From an uncultured virus (IMG/VR IMGVR_UViG_3300017642_000092) (lineage: Duplodnaviria; Heunggongvirae; Uroviricota; Caudoviricetes): a stretch of 64,000 nucleotides of DNA. Where the stretch lies: the IMG/VR virus record IMGVR_UViG_3300017642_000092; one strand, 5' to 3'. How positions within the stretch are numbered: the stretch's first letter is position 1; each line of letters begins with the position of its first letter. Below the pieces are notes generated by a model. It was not told the DNA's origin and ran no database searches. It worked only from the letters and a program-made list of their open reading frames with translations. The translations under genes and the position numbers were made by a program. Below are positions 1 to 9,520 of the stretch, one piece after another.

Positions 1-84
1 AATAACCGAGCGGACAATCCAGAAGATCGCCAGAGCAAGATAAAGGCTAAGAAGCAGGATGCAGAGAATCGTTGTGGTTTCCAT
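1..84 (-). CDS. Small membrane protein (partial, METTTILCILLLSLYLALAIFWIVRSVI...), counterpart of 57340..57522
   Basis: ATG at 84 with AAGGAGG RBS. Hydrophobic helix. Same position after DUF2815 as in element B. Confidence 0.7.
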   Translation of the reverse strand, partial: METTTILCILLLSLYLALAIFWIVRSVI

Positions 85-98
85 ATCCGTGTTCCTCC

Positions 99-674
99 TT
101 AGTTCAGAAAATCATCATCGTTGTCGGATGCAAAGTCGTTCTCGGCACTGGTCTTGCCGCCAAGAGGCTCGCCGGCGCGAATGAGCTGCAGATTGTTCAG
201 GCCGCAGGCAATACCCCTATTGCCGTTGCTGTTGAAGGCGTACAGGTTGATGCTGGCACGGCCGTAAACACCGGAGTAGACCTCGGAGCGGATTAGAACA
301 GGATTGCGGTCGGCGTCCACGATACCGGGCGCGGTTGCGGAATTGGCGTTGACGAAGTAGGCATTGGCATAAGCGGGATCATCCGGACGCTCCACGTCAC
401 CGTCGCGCATAGGCGTCTTAATTGCGGCCAGAGGCGGCACGGTCTTGCCGTTACCCTTGAGCTTGGATTCGCCCTCGTGGTAGGCTGCTTCGATGGCGGC
501 CTTCAGCTTGGCGACGGTCTTGGTATCGGATTTCGGGATGATCAGGCTGACGCTGTATTTCGGCGTACCGCCATTGATGGACTTCGGTTCCCAGACGTTG
601 GCGTAGCTCCAACGGGTGTCGGGACCAGTGATAACTTTCATGGGGTTGTTGACCTTGTTCGTATTGTTAGACAT
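99..674 (-). CDS. DUF2815 family phage ssDNA-binding protein (gp2.5-like)
   Basis: RWSYANVWEPK, YSGVYGRASI and GIACGLNNLQ motifs with an acidic C-tail. Near-identical to 57543..58118. Confidence 0.9.
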   Translation of the reverse strand: MSNNTNKVNNPMKVITGPDTRWSYANVWEPKSINGGTPKYSVSLIIPKSDTKTVAKLKAAIEAAYHEGESKLKGNGKTVPPLAAIKTPMRDGDVERPDDPAYANAYFVNANSATAPGIVDADRNPVLIRSEVYSGVYGRASINLYAFNSNGNRGIACGLNNLQLIRAGEPLGGKTSAENDFASDNDDDFLN

Positions 675-687
675 AGGATTGTCCTCC

Positions 688-1810
688 TTAATTTTCTTTA
701 AAATCGGCTGCTGCCGTTGACATCGCCGGACGTTTATCGCTCTCCGGCACTAAAGCGGGTTTGCCTTGCGGCTTTTCAATGTAGGGACTCAAAAGCTCGT
801 CAAAGCGGGATTTTCCGAGCAGCTTTCTGCATGGCTGTGACACCGAGCACCTTGCGCTCATACGGGTCGAAGCCTGCATGCTCGACGACATCGGCAACAA
901 CTGTGTCGTTGATGTATTTCCTGTTTGAGCGGCCCTCGACCAGTTTCCAGCCGGTCCACTCTTTGCCGCTGATTGCCTGTTGCAGGGCATATTCCTTGAT
1001 GTCCGACGCCCAGGATACGAGCTCGTCCACCTTGGCGAGAATGTCCTCGATATCCTCATCCATAAGAAGCGGCGGAAGCTGGAAGTCGTACCGGGCAAGC
1101 TCCATGTTGTAGTCGGCCCGCTCTCGGCAGTCGCTTTTGGCTTTGCAGAACTGGCACCACTCGCCGCATCTAAATTCGCCGCCGCCCGTGAAGGCAAGTT
1201 CCGCAGCGGGCTTCAGGGTTTCCTCCGCCCATCGGTACAGCTCGTCCTTCGACATCGTGCAGGTGCTGATATTCGACCTGCGCGGTTGGAAGATGGTCAT
1301 TCTGACCTCGCTGATGTCGTAAATGCCGTCGAAGATGTCCAGGGAACCCAGCGCGTAAAGCTGAAGCTGGGGATTGCCCTCCGCCTCAACCAAAACGCCC
1401 CGGCCGAATTTGTAATCCACGATATGGAGCGTGCCGTCCGCCGCGACGATGCAGTCCGCCGTTCCGAAGGCTTCCCGGACGAAGCGGGACAGGTCCAGAT
1501 GCTGTTCCGTCAGGATAACCGGGTCAGTGCATTCCTTTTTGGCGGCTTCCAGTAGTTCTATGATGTAGGTGGCATATGCGGCCGCGCCATCCTCCATCTC
1601 CTCGCTGTAATAGGAGAGGCTTTCGGTCGGGTCCTCGGCCGCGATGCCCAGCGCCTGCTTTACGCGAAACTCGCAAAGGCTGTGGGCGTCGGTCCCCTCA
1701 GCGGAATAATCGCTGCCTTTGTCCGGGTAGCCCTCGCAGAGTCGTGCTGACGGTGGACATTGGAGCCAGCGATGGGAGGAGGAAGCGGAAAGAAGCGCAT
1801 GATCACTCAT
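688..1810 (-). pseudogene. DUF2800 family PD-(D/E)XK (Cas4-like) nuclease with a 1-nt frameshift at ~823-826
   Basis: Matches 58111..59250 up to MQK. The C-terminus LLGKSRFDELL...DFKEN continues in another frame. Confidence 0.8.
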
Positions 1811-2132
1811 CCTTCAATTCCTCCGCATCTGCCAGCAGTGCTTTGTACTTGCCTGGGTCGATATCTGAGAGCTTGGCCGCGCCGTACTTTTTCAGCAGAG
1901 CGCGAATCTCGGCCGTGTGGCCTTTGCGGGATTTGTCCGCGAGGACGGCCCTGACATCTTCCAGCGCCAGCGGCTTTTCTTCCGGTGCCGCAGCCTTTGG
2001 CGGCTCCGACTTCTGCCCGATATCCCCGATGCCGCTGAACAGCTCCGTCAGCGTGTTGGCAATGCCAATGATGGATTCACCGCACTGCCGCAATTCTGAG
2101 ACAGTCTGCTCCAGTTCACTCATCCTGCCCAT
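1803..2132 (-). CDS. Conserved phage protein (LEDVRAVLADKSRKG...LLKKYGA family)
   Basis: GGAAGGAGG RBS. Paralog of 59240..59548. Confidence 0.8.
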   Translation of the reverse strand: MGRMSELEQTVSELRQCGESIIGIANTLTELFSGIGDIGQKSEPPKAAAPEEKPLALEDVRAVLADKSRKGHTAEIRALLKKYGAAKLSDIDPGKYKALLADAEELKDE

Positions 2133-2292
2133 CCGTTTTCCCTCCTTCCGTTGCAGACTCGTCCTGCCGGGGAAGCTGCTGTAGCTTTCGGGCGAGACGT
2201 TTTGACACCACGCTGATCGCCGTGAGGACATCCGCCAGTTCCTCATCCGTTACGGCTGCCTTGGTGCCGGTTTCCTGTGCCTGTGTGTTCAT
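2116..2292 (-). CDS. 58-aa hypothetical protein (MNTQAQETG...DEELADVLTAISVVSKRLARKL), absent from the ORF track
   Basis: Hand translation with GGAGG RBS. Shares DEELxDVLTxISVVSKRLAR with 59472..59696. Confidence 0.75.
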   Translation of the reverse strand: MNTQAQETGTKAAVTDEELADVLTAISVVSKRLARKLQQLPRQDESATEGGKTDGQDE

Positions 2293-2440
2293 TTCTGAAC
2301 CTCCATTCCGAGGGGGCTTATTTGCTTCCCTCAGAACTCACAGGACAGAAACCGCCGTCCTGAACGAAAAATCCGAAAATTTTTTAAAGGAAGCCCTCCA
2401 ACTATCCGGGGACAGCCAGAGGGCCTACGAATGCGGCGTA

Positions 2441-2926
2441 TTAGATGAAGTCCGAGAGACGGTCGCGGAGCCGCGCCATAAGCTGGCGCTTCCGGTAGTT
2501 GAGGGTGGACTGCCGGATGCCGAGTACGGTGGCAATTTCCCGCTCGGTAGCGCCCTGCGCGATCAGCTCACAGATGCGGCGGTTGTCCGAATCAAGCTCC
2601 TCAAGAGCTTTGAACAGTTCCTCCAGCAGGAGCTTGTATGCTACGACTTCTGCCGGGTCCGGCGCGGCGTCGGAAGGCTCGTACCCCTCATCTTCAAAGG
2701 CGTCGAGGGAGAGAACGCTGCCGGTGCGGAGTTTGTCACACTGGCTGCAATCGCCGGTGCAGCGGCTTCCGTTTTCACCGATGCAGCGTTTTCCGCGTTC
2801 TTGCCGCTTGTGTTCCGCCCATGCCGGGCGCTTGTAGGCCCGGTAGACCTCCTCCGAAACCGGAACCTGCTGACCGTTGATGTCGATAAAATACTGTTTC
2901 TCATCTTTACTATTACTTGTCTTCAT
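2441..2926 (-). CDS. Sigma-70 region-4 / ECF-like sigma factor of element A
   Basis: C-terminal HTH (TEREIATVLGIRQSTLNYRK), Cys cluster and SLDAF motif. Paralog of 59838..60350. Confidence 0.8.
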   Translation of the reverse strand: MKTSNSKDEKQYFIDINGQQVPVSEEVYRAYKRPAWAEHKRQERGKRCIGENGSRCTGDCSQCDKLRTGSVLSLDAFEDEGYEPSDAAPDPAEVVAYKLLLEELFKALEELDSDNRRICELIAQGATEREIATVLGIRQSTLNYRKRQLMARLRDRLSDFI

Positions 2927-3130
2927 TTTTTCACCTCGTTGGCCGAGGCGATGAATGACAGGTACCTGGTTCAGACTGGTCTGGCCGGACCTTTCCCGAC
3001 GAAAAAAGAGCGCACAAAGGAAAGGTCTCTGCTCCAGGCTTTTAAACTGCCCCTGTGGGGAGTTTTCAAAGTCTTTATGCAGTACCTGCCTTCATGCGCA
3101 TCTCGGGCCGATATCAATTTGTCAAAGTAC
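2923..3130 (-). ncRNA. Putative structured cis-regulatory leader of sigma gene A
   Basis: Long stem-loop and an anti-RBS hairpin. Shares motifs with 60348..60572. Confidence 0.5.
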
Positions 3131-3283
3131 GTAACTACTGGGTGTTACTTCGGATTGGATTCATGGAGCAAAATACTCTGGTAGAATTGCTAAGAACTGT
3201 CGTTATACATTGGTTTGCCTCCTTCGGTTGCATCTATTTTCCTGTTGCTAAAGCTATAATAGCCTGGTTCTCAGAGGCTTTCG

Positions 3284-3408
3284 CGGAACTGACAGTTCCG
3301 GTTTTTGGCATAAAAAAAGGGCCTTGCGGCCGCGTCTTTTTAACGCTGACCACAGGGTCCTCACAATTCCTTATTGTTCGTCGTCTTTTTCCGGAACTGC
3401 CACTTCCG
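3284..3408. promoter_or_regulatory. Pair of 17-bp palindromic operators CGGAACTG-N-CA(G/C)TTCCG
   Basis: Perfect palindrome at 3284-3300 and a 1-mismatch copy at 3392-3408, upstream of the sigma leader. Confidence 0.65.
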
Positions 3409-3450
3409 GTTTTTTGAAAATTTGTCCGAAACTTTTTTATTTTTCTTTTC

Positions 3451-5412
3451 CTAACCCAGTATCGGGTCCTCCACTATCTTTGAACCGTCACCCCAGGTAG
3501 GGTAACCTTGCTTCCTTAGCTTCTCATTAATCAATGTCAGAGACTCGGTAAAATGATTATGCAGAAGGTACTGAGCGAACATGCCATCTTTCGTCATAGG
3601 ATATCCTCTTATTGCTTTTTTGACCATGTCATCACTATACAGCGGGTGAAGATGCAGCCCGATACATATGCCGTAGACATACTCGGGACTGACATTCTCC
3701 GGTCCCTGCCGCAATTGCCTGATGTACCGTTCTGAAATACCGGTCCGGTACTGCAGCTCTAGGTTTGTGATTTTCTTGCCGCCCTTCTTCTTTACCCGCT
3801 TCATATGGGCATCAAGCGTGCCCCAAAAGGAAGTCGGGAGATTTGGAAGAACATCCATGATTTTATCAATCTGATCGTCAATCTTGCTCAGCTGCTTTTC
3901 CTGCTCCAGGACATTCTGACTGCCTTCATATTCGATAGTCCGGGTCTCGGTAAACTCGGCCGCATTAACATCCTTGCTCAGATAGCACTGATTATAGTAG
4001 TCGCCAGCGCTATTTACGACCGTATAGTGACGAGTGAATTTAAGGCAGCACTCATCGACATGCTCCAGCGCATAATCGGTCAGTGCATACCCTTGAGGGT
4101 AGGCAGGATCGTCTGTATTATAGATATAACATGGATCATTAATACAGACGACACAACCGGTGTAGACAAACCTGCCGCTATCAATCAAGTCCGCAAACTG
4201 CTTGTCTTCGGAATATATACGGCTTCCGTTCTTGTTATTCAGAATGAAAGTCTGGTAATCTCCCAGGGCATCTGGATAAAAACTGAACGGCACCTGCGGA
4301 TGACCATTTACCCGCAAGAAGGCCCCTTCTGCGTCTTTGTACCCAAGCTGGAGCGCTCTCAGCTTCGCTTCCAATTTAGAAACCTTAAAAACACCAGCGA
4401 TAGCCTCAAGTGCCCGCTCCATGACTTCTCCAGTATGCTTATAAGGGAACGTCAATTGTTCCTCGTACAGCTTTGGAAAAAGATCGTTGAATATCCTTCT
4501 TGGCATCAGAATCCGTGGTGCCAGGGCATTTGCCTGCCATTCTGCCCACCATCTTGCTTTTTGCATGCCCTCCAAGTTATCAGGCGTACTTGCAGGGACG
4601 GCCTCACAAGACAGATTTTTCTCATCTGCATTAAGAAGAGCCAGTATCTTAAAGAACTTCTCATGCTGATCCCAATGGACGATTTCATGAGCAATTGTAT
4701 CCATCCTGCTGCCGTAGCCATTCATAAAGAAATAGTCTTTACTGATTAGCATGGTCCCGGCAGGGATCTCCTTTGTAGATACCGTGCGCGGCTGATATGG
4801 CGGATAAAATTCCTCTACTGTCTCCGTCGATGGCCGGAAGTACATCCTGCCCATCTCGTTCGGGCCAAGATCTGCTTCATACCATTTCAGACCCATTTCC
4901 TGCATGATGCGGTTGAGTGGTGACTGCCATCCGTCATAAACGTCATCATCGCAATAAAACGCTGTGAAATCATCTGCTATTTCTTCCAAGTCATCCGCGT
5001 AGATGTATGGTACCAGATACTCGTCCAGTGCGCCTTCCTTATCGAATTGGCCAGCATGATACTCGTCTGTCGCCAAGGCAGTGACGTTATGTAGGCCGTC
5101 CTGCAAAGTTGCCTTAAGATAGACGGTAAACCATCTAGTCTTGCGATCGGCATCATAATTTGATGTACCCAGACCTTTGGTGACGATATCCGCTGATGCA
5201 TGAACATCAATCTTGATCAAGGGACCAATATCATCATGGCAGGTCAGTGTCCTTACCGTAACGTTCTCTATGTCCTGATTGCACAGCGAAAGAACATTGA
5301 TATGGTGAAATCCCAAGCCGTCGTGGCTCCTATTTACATATTTTAAGATTTCTTCTTTCAGAAGATCCTTGTAATTTGCCTGAATATAGCTCTTGAAGTC
5401 TTTATAGGCCAA
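3451..5412 (-). CDS. ImmA/IrrE-family metallopeptidase fused to a C-terminal XRE-like HTH
   Basis: HEIVH zincin motif plus EWQANALAPRILMP. C-terminal LQYRTGISERYIRQLR HTH. TTG start with GGAGGTG RBS. Confidence 0.8.
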   Translation of the reverse strand: MAYKDFKSYIQANYKDLLKEEILKYVNRSHDGLGFHHINVLSLCNQDIENVTVRTLTCHDDIGPLIKIDVHASADIVTKGLGTSNYDADRKTRWFTVYLKATLQDGLHNVTALATDEYHAGQFDKEGALDEYLVPYIYADDLEEIADDFTAFYCDDDVYDGWQSPLNRIMQEMGLKWYEADLGPNEMGRMYFRPSTETVEEFYPPYQPRTVSTKEIPAGTMLISKDYFFMNGYGSRMDTIAHEIVHWDQHEKFFKILALLNADEKNLSCEAVPASTPDNLEGMQKARWWAEWQANALAPRILMPRRIFNDLFPKLYEEQLTFPYKHTGEVMERALEAIAGVFKVSKLEAKLRALQLGYKDAEGAFLRVNGHPQVPFSFYPDALGDYQTFILNNKNGSRIYSEDKQFADLIDSGRFVYTGCVVCINDPCYIYNTDDPAYPQGYALTDYALEHVDECCLKFTRHYTVVNSAGDYYNQCYLSKDVNAAEFTETRTIEYEGSQNVLEQEKQLSKIDDQIDKIMDVLPNLPTSFWGTLDAHMKRVKKKGGKKITNLELQYRTGISERYIRQLRQGPENVSPEYVYGICIGLHLHPLYSDDMVKKAIRGYPMTKDGMFAQYLLHNHFTESLTLINEKLRKQGYPTWGDGSKIVEDPILG

Positions 5413-5441
5413 TTGATATCACCTCCCAGATCACACAACGA

Positions 5442-8357
5442 TCAATAGTACTGCTCGATGTAGCTATACGCCTTGTCGAACACTTCTTTATCCTTGATCT
5501 TGTACTTAATCCAGATAACGCTTCGGAGTGCTTTCTTAACCTCATTCTTGCCTGTAGTGGTTTTCTGCCAGCCGTCGAACCGAACTATTTTCACGATCTC
5601 GTCGATATCGGCAACGATGCGCTCGACTATGATAGGCGTTTTTTCATTCTTGACGCCATTAAAGAGTTCTGTGAGCGCCGCCTTGCCACGGTCGATTTCA
5701 TCTTCCGGCACGACTTCCTTCTCGGCCTGCGCTGCTTCTTTTGCGAGTTCAAGCAAAAGTTTCAGAAATTCAATGCTGGTGATAAGGCCCTGCTCATGAC
5801 GTTCACGGAGTTCCTCTAACTTCTCACCGAGCTTGATAAACTTCGGATCGTTGGTGTGGGCGCGAATCTTGGCAACCAGATCAATTTCGATTTTCATGGT
5901 TGTCTTCTTCACATCCTTCTGCTTTTGGATGAACTCATCTATCAAGTTTGCATCCAGTGTGAGGATATCGACATCCTCGTGGACTTTGCCGACTTTAAGA
6001 TTTTGGTGAACCAGATCCAGCGTTTTTGCGCCGAGAGCAGCCCAGATAAGTGCTCCGCGATTGTCAGTGGGCTTTACAGATTCATAGACCTTACTGAGCC
6101 ACGCATAATCGTATTTGTACTTTTCGAGGAACGGGTCTGGTGACAGTGCATCCCATGCTCTGTTCAGCACCCGGTAATCCGCCGCAAAGGAATCTTTTTC
6201 CTTGTTCGTCGGGATGCACTCCTGAGCGGCCAGCAGGCCCTCCCAACCTTCAACATTTCGGTCGACACCCATAAAGTAACTGAGGCACTTTCTGAGAAGC
6301 GCCGGAACCTGCTTTTTGACTTCCTCTATGTTGGTGATAACCTTCTTCATGCTGGATTCGTCGAAATCCAGAGCCTTGGCGACGTTATCGAAGATGCCGA
6401 TGTAATCAACAATAAGCCCATGCGTCTTGCCTTCATCAAAAGTACGGTTCGTACGGCAAATGGCCTGCAACAGGTTGTGATCCTTCATGGGCTTATCCAG
6501 ATACATCACTTGAAGAATGGGGGCGTCAAAGCCGGTAAGAAGTTTGGATGTAACAATAACAAGCTTTAAAGGGTTTCCTCTATCACGGAACTGATCAAGA
6601 ACTTTTCCTTCCTCGTCCCGGCTACGGCGATATTTCTTATATCGGTCCTGCTTGTCATTGTTAGTGTCCATGACAATGGTGGACGCTTCCGGCGGGAGCA
6701 ACTTATCAAGTTCTTCCTTATATTTAAGGCAGCACTCGCGGTCATACACAACAACTTGCCCTTTATAACCATTGGGTTCAATCTTTTCCTTGTAGTGCTT
6801 GACGATGTGTTCGCAAACCTTCCGGATACGCTTCGGATCATACATAATCGCCTTCATGTTGACGCGCTTGGATAGCTCTGCGCGATCAGCGTCTGACAGA
6901 TTTTCTGTAAGGGCATCAAATTCCGCGTCGAGCTTTTCCTTATCAACATGAAGATCAACTGGAACCGGTTCAAAGTTCAGTGGAAGGGTAGCATTGTCGC
7001 GAATGGAATCTGAGAAGGTATATCGGCTCAGGTAGCCACTCTTGTCCTCCATAGCGCCGAAAGTGCGGAAGGTATTCTTGTCGATGCGATTGATGGGGGT
7101 ACCGGTAAGGCCAAAGAAGAACGCGTTCGGTAGCGCTGAACGCATCTTGCCGCCGAGGTCACCCTCTTGGGTACGGTGAGCTTCATCGACCATGACAATA
7201 ATGTTATCTCGAAGATTTAGAACACCGTCCACATCGCCAAAGCGGAAGATGGTGGTGATGGCAATCTTCCGAATGTCCTGCTTGAAAAAATTTTCGACAT
7301 CCTCCTTCGTGGCAAGGGACACCAGATTCGGAATATCAGACGCATTGAAGGTTGCAGTAATCTGCGTTTCCAGGTCCAGACGGTCATCGACAATGACAAT
7401 CGATGGATTCTGCAGCTCCGGAATCATACGGAGCTTTTGAGCTGCGAACACCATAAGGAGCGATTTGCCGGAGCCCTGGAAATGCCAGATAAGGCCCTGC
7501 TTGGGATAACCGGCAATAACACGTTGTACGATGAGATTGGCGCCTTCGTACTGCTGGTATCGGCAGATAACCTTATACTTCACGTGCTTTTTGTCTGTTG
7601 CAAAGAGCGTGAAGAATTGGAAGATGTCCATAATTTTCACAGGAGTAATCATGTCTCCCAAACTCACCTTGACGTCAGAGAGACTGCCTTCTGCCTTGTG
7701 GTCGGATGTATGCCAAGGGCCCCACATATTAATGGGCATACCTACGGAGCCGTAGCGATAGCACTTGCCCTCGGTGGCGAAGTTGAAAATGTTTGATACA
7801 AACATCTCCGGGATGGTTTGCTCGTAGGAGGCGATGTCGCTGGCTCCGTCAAGCCACGTGATGGCGTTGCGGACGGGAGTTTTCAGTTCGCCGATAGCCA
7901 CTGGGAAACCGTTAATCAGCAAGACGATGTCCAGTCGCTTGCCATTTTCCTTCTGTGGATAGACCCACTGATTGGTAACAACATATTCGTTCAGTGCGAG
8001 CTGTTCTTTGGTCATCGTCCCGAAGAAGTTTACGGATACCATGCGCCCATCTTCGCCAAAGGGATAGGTATTCTCCTCAAAGACCTTCTTTTTGAAGGTT
8101 TCGTTCTGTGCGACAAGGTTATCTGCGGAGAAGTGCATCATCATCGTGCGAAGCTTATAGATGACTTCATCACCCCGCGACGGATCTGCTGCAATTTCTG
8201 GGTTCAGACGAATCAGGGCATCCTTCACCATGGGTTCAACCATGACGTCTGAATAGTCGCGCGGGAGTTCTTCAGCCGGGATGTACTTCCAGCCATTGTT
8301 CTTCAGGGTAGTGATAACCATCTGTTCTATGGTATTGTCTTCGCTGAAAATAGGCAT
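5442..8357 (-). CDS. hsdR: Type I restriction enzyme R subunit
   Basis: D-x13-ELK nuclease motif, HFQGSGKS Walker A, DEAH, TGTP, LTGFDAP and QAICRTNR. Confidence 0.95.
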   Translation of the reverse strand: MPIFSEDNTIEQMVITTLKNNGWKYIPAEELPRDYSDVMVEPMVKDALIRLNPEIAADPSRGDEVIYKLRTMMMHFSADNLVAQNETFKKKVFEENTYPFGEDGRMVSVNFFGTMTKEQLALNEYVVTNQWVYPQKENGKRLDIVLLINGFPVAIGELKTPVRNAITWLDGASDIASYEQTIPEMFVSNIFNFATEGKCYRYGSVGMPINMWGPWHTSDHKAEGSLSDVKVSLGDMITPVKIMDIFQFFTLFATDKKHVKYKVICRYQQYEGANLIVQRVIAGYPKQGLIWHFQGSGKSLLMVFAAQKLRMIPELQNPSIVIVDDRLDLETQITATFNASDIPNLVSLATKEDVENFFKQDIRKIAITTIFRFGDVDGVLNLRDNIIVMVDEAHRTQEGDLGGKMRSALPNAFFFGLTGTPINRIDKNTFRTFGAMEDKSGYLSRYTFSDSIRDNATLPLNFEPVPVDLHVDKEKLDAEFDALTENLSDADRAELSKRVNMKAIMYDPKRIRKVCEHIVKHYKEKIEPNGYKGQVVVYDRECCLKYKEELDKLLPPEASTIVMDTNNDKQDRYKKYRRSRDEEGKVLDQFRDRGNPLKLVIVTSKLLTGFDAPILQVMYLDKPMKDHNLLQAICRTNRTFDEGKTHGLIVDYIGIFDNVAKALDFDESSMKKVITNIEEVKKQVPALLRKCLSYFMGVDRNVEGWEGLLAAQECIPTNKEKDSFAADYRVLNRAWDALSPDPFLEKYKYDYAWLSKVYESVKPTDNRGALIWAALGAKTLDLVHQNLKVGKVHEDVDILTLDANLIDEFIQKQKDVKKTTMKIEIDLVAKIRAHTNDPKFIKLGEKLEELRERHEQGLITSIEFLKLLLELAKEAAQAEKEVVPEDEIDRGKAALTELFNGVKNEKTPIIVERIVADIDEIVKIVRFDGWQKTTTGKNEVKKALRSVIWIKYKIKDKEVFDKAYSYIEQYY

Positions 8358-8374
8358 TACATTTCCTCCTTCTC

Positions 8375-9520
8375 TTAGTTGCTAAAGTCTTGTTGGATCA
8401 GCGATTTGATGAGACCGCTGACACTATCGATGGCTTGAGTCAGTTCAAGTTTTGCTTTGCCTGTCTGGTAGACAAAGTCTATGAACTGGCGTTGCAGCTC
8501 TTTTTGTGGTATCGGTACCTGCAGGGATGCTAGAATCTGCTGATTCAGGTTCTGGATATTTGCTCCACGCCCTGTCATTTTTACTCGTACCGAATCCGCT
8601 TTGAGATAACGTAGAAGATAGTCTGTCAGTACAGCAGTGCTATTTTTGCGAAACCTAATACAGAACCCACTGTAAGTTGTCGGAATGTCGTGGGGATAAA
8701 CAACCAAACACCGACCTACCAAGGCTTTATTTCCGTTTGAGCGAACAAATACTATATCTCCATCATGCAGCATGTATTCTTCTGGAGGAGTTTCGTTTAA
8801 TGAGATCATAGGCAATTCTGCAGTATTGTCAATGACAGAATAGTCCTTGAAATTCCCAACTCCAAGACAATTAATCTCCACTCCGGAATCCTTACTGTGA
8901 AAGTTCATCCCATTTTTACAATCGCCAAGTTGTAGTAGCGGTACTGTCGGCCATTGAAAAGGATTATCAACTGGGTCTCCAAAGATCTCAATAAATTGAG
9001 ATTTGACAAGTTCGTCGGTCTGGGTCAGAAGGCGCTGGTAAGATGTTTTAGTTTCTGCTGCTGCCCACAGAGTATCAGCAAGATAGTCTTGTTGGTCTTC
9101 ATCTGGGAGATCAAACTTATACTGCATAAGCGTTTTCGGAGAAAGGCGCTTTGACATGGTACCGTCAGAGTACTGGTCTGCATAATCCCAGAAAGCGTCT
9201 GTGTTTAGCACAAATGGAAGCAGTCTTGCAATTCGGTCATCCTTGGCGCGTAGAACAATAGAATCACCGGAGGTCAATCCATCAAAGAAGACTACAGATG
9301 CCCGCTTCAGGTATACATTTCTTCTGGCTACCAAAATATCGCCAGAGTGAAATACCTTCATCGCAGAGTCAAGATTGGCAGTAGAACCATAATTCGTGAT
9401 TTGAACTTCGCCAGATACATAGTGCTCCAACCCGACAAAACGGTCATAGCCGGAAGTAGAAGGGCTATTTTCGCGCTCAGAAATCTCTGATACCACGTCC
9501 ATCATCTTATAGTGCTTCAT
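8375..9520 (-). CDS. hsdS: Type I R-M specificity subunit
   Basis: Two TRD repeats with GDIL/GDIV motifs, LPDEDQQ/IPQKELQ helices and an SQFIEIFGDP spacer. Confidence 0.9.
   Translation of the reverse strand: MKHYKMMDVVSEISERENSPSTSGYDRFVGLEHYVSGEVQITNYGSTANLDSAMKVFHSGDILVARRNVYLKRASVVFFDGLTSGDSIVLRAKDDRIARLLPFVLNTDAFWDYADQYSDGTMSKRLSPKTLMQYKFDLPDEDQQDYLADTLWAAAETKTSYQRLLTQTDELVKSQFIEIFGDPVDNPFQWPTVPLLQLGDCKNGMNFHSKDSGVEINCLGVGNFKDYSVIDNTAELPMISLNETPPEEYMLHDGDIVFVRSNGNKALVGRCLVVYPHDIPTTYSGFCIRFRKNSTAVLTDYLLRYLKADSVRVKMTGRGANIQNLNQQILASLQVPIPQKELQRQFIDFVYQTGKAKLELTQAIDSVSGLIKSLIQQDFSN

Noticed and set aside
688..1197. 169-aa ORF as an independent gene
   Set aside because: Only its last ~44 aa are meaningful, being the frameshifted DUF2800 C-terminus.
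99..2926. Assembly duplication of 57543..60350
   Set aside because: The copies differ at many synonymous sites and the sigma genes are strongly diverged, so they are true paralogous elements.
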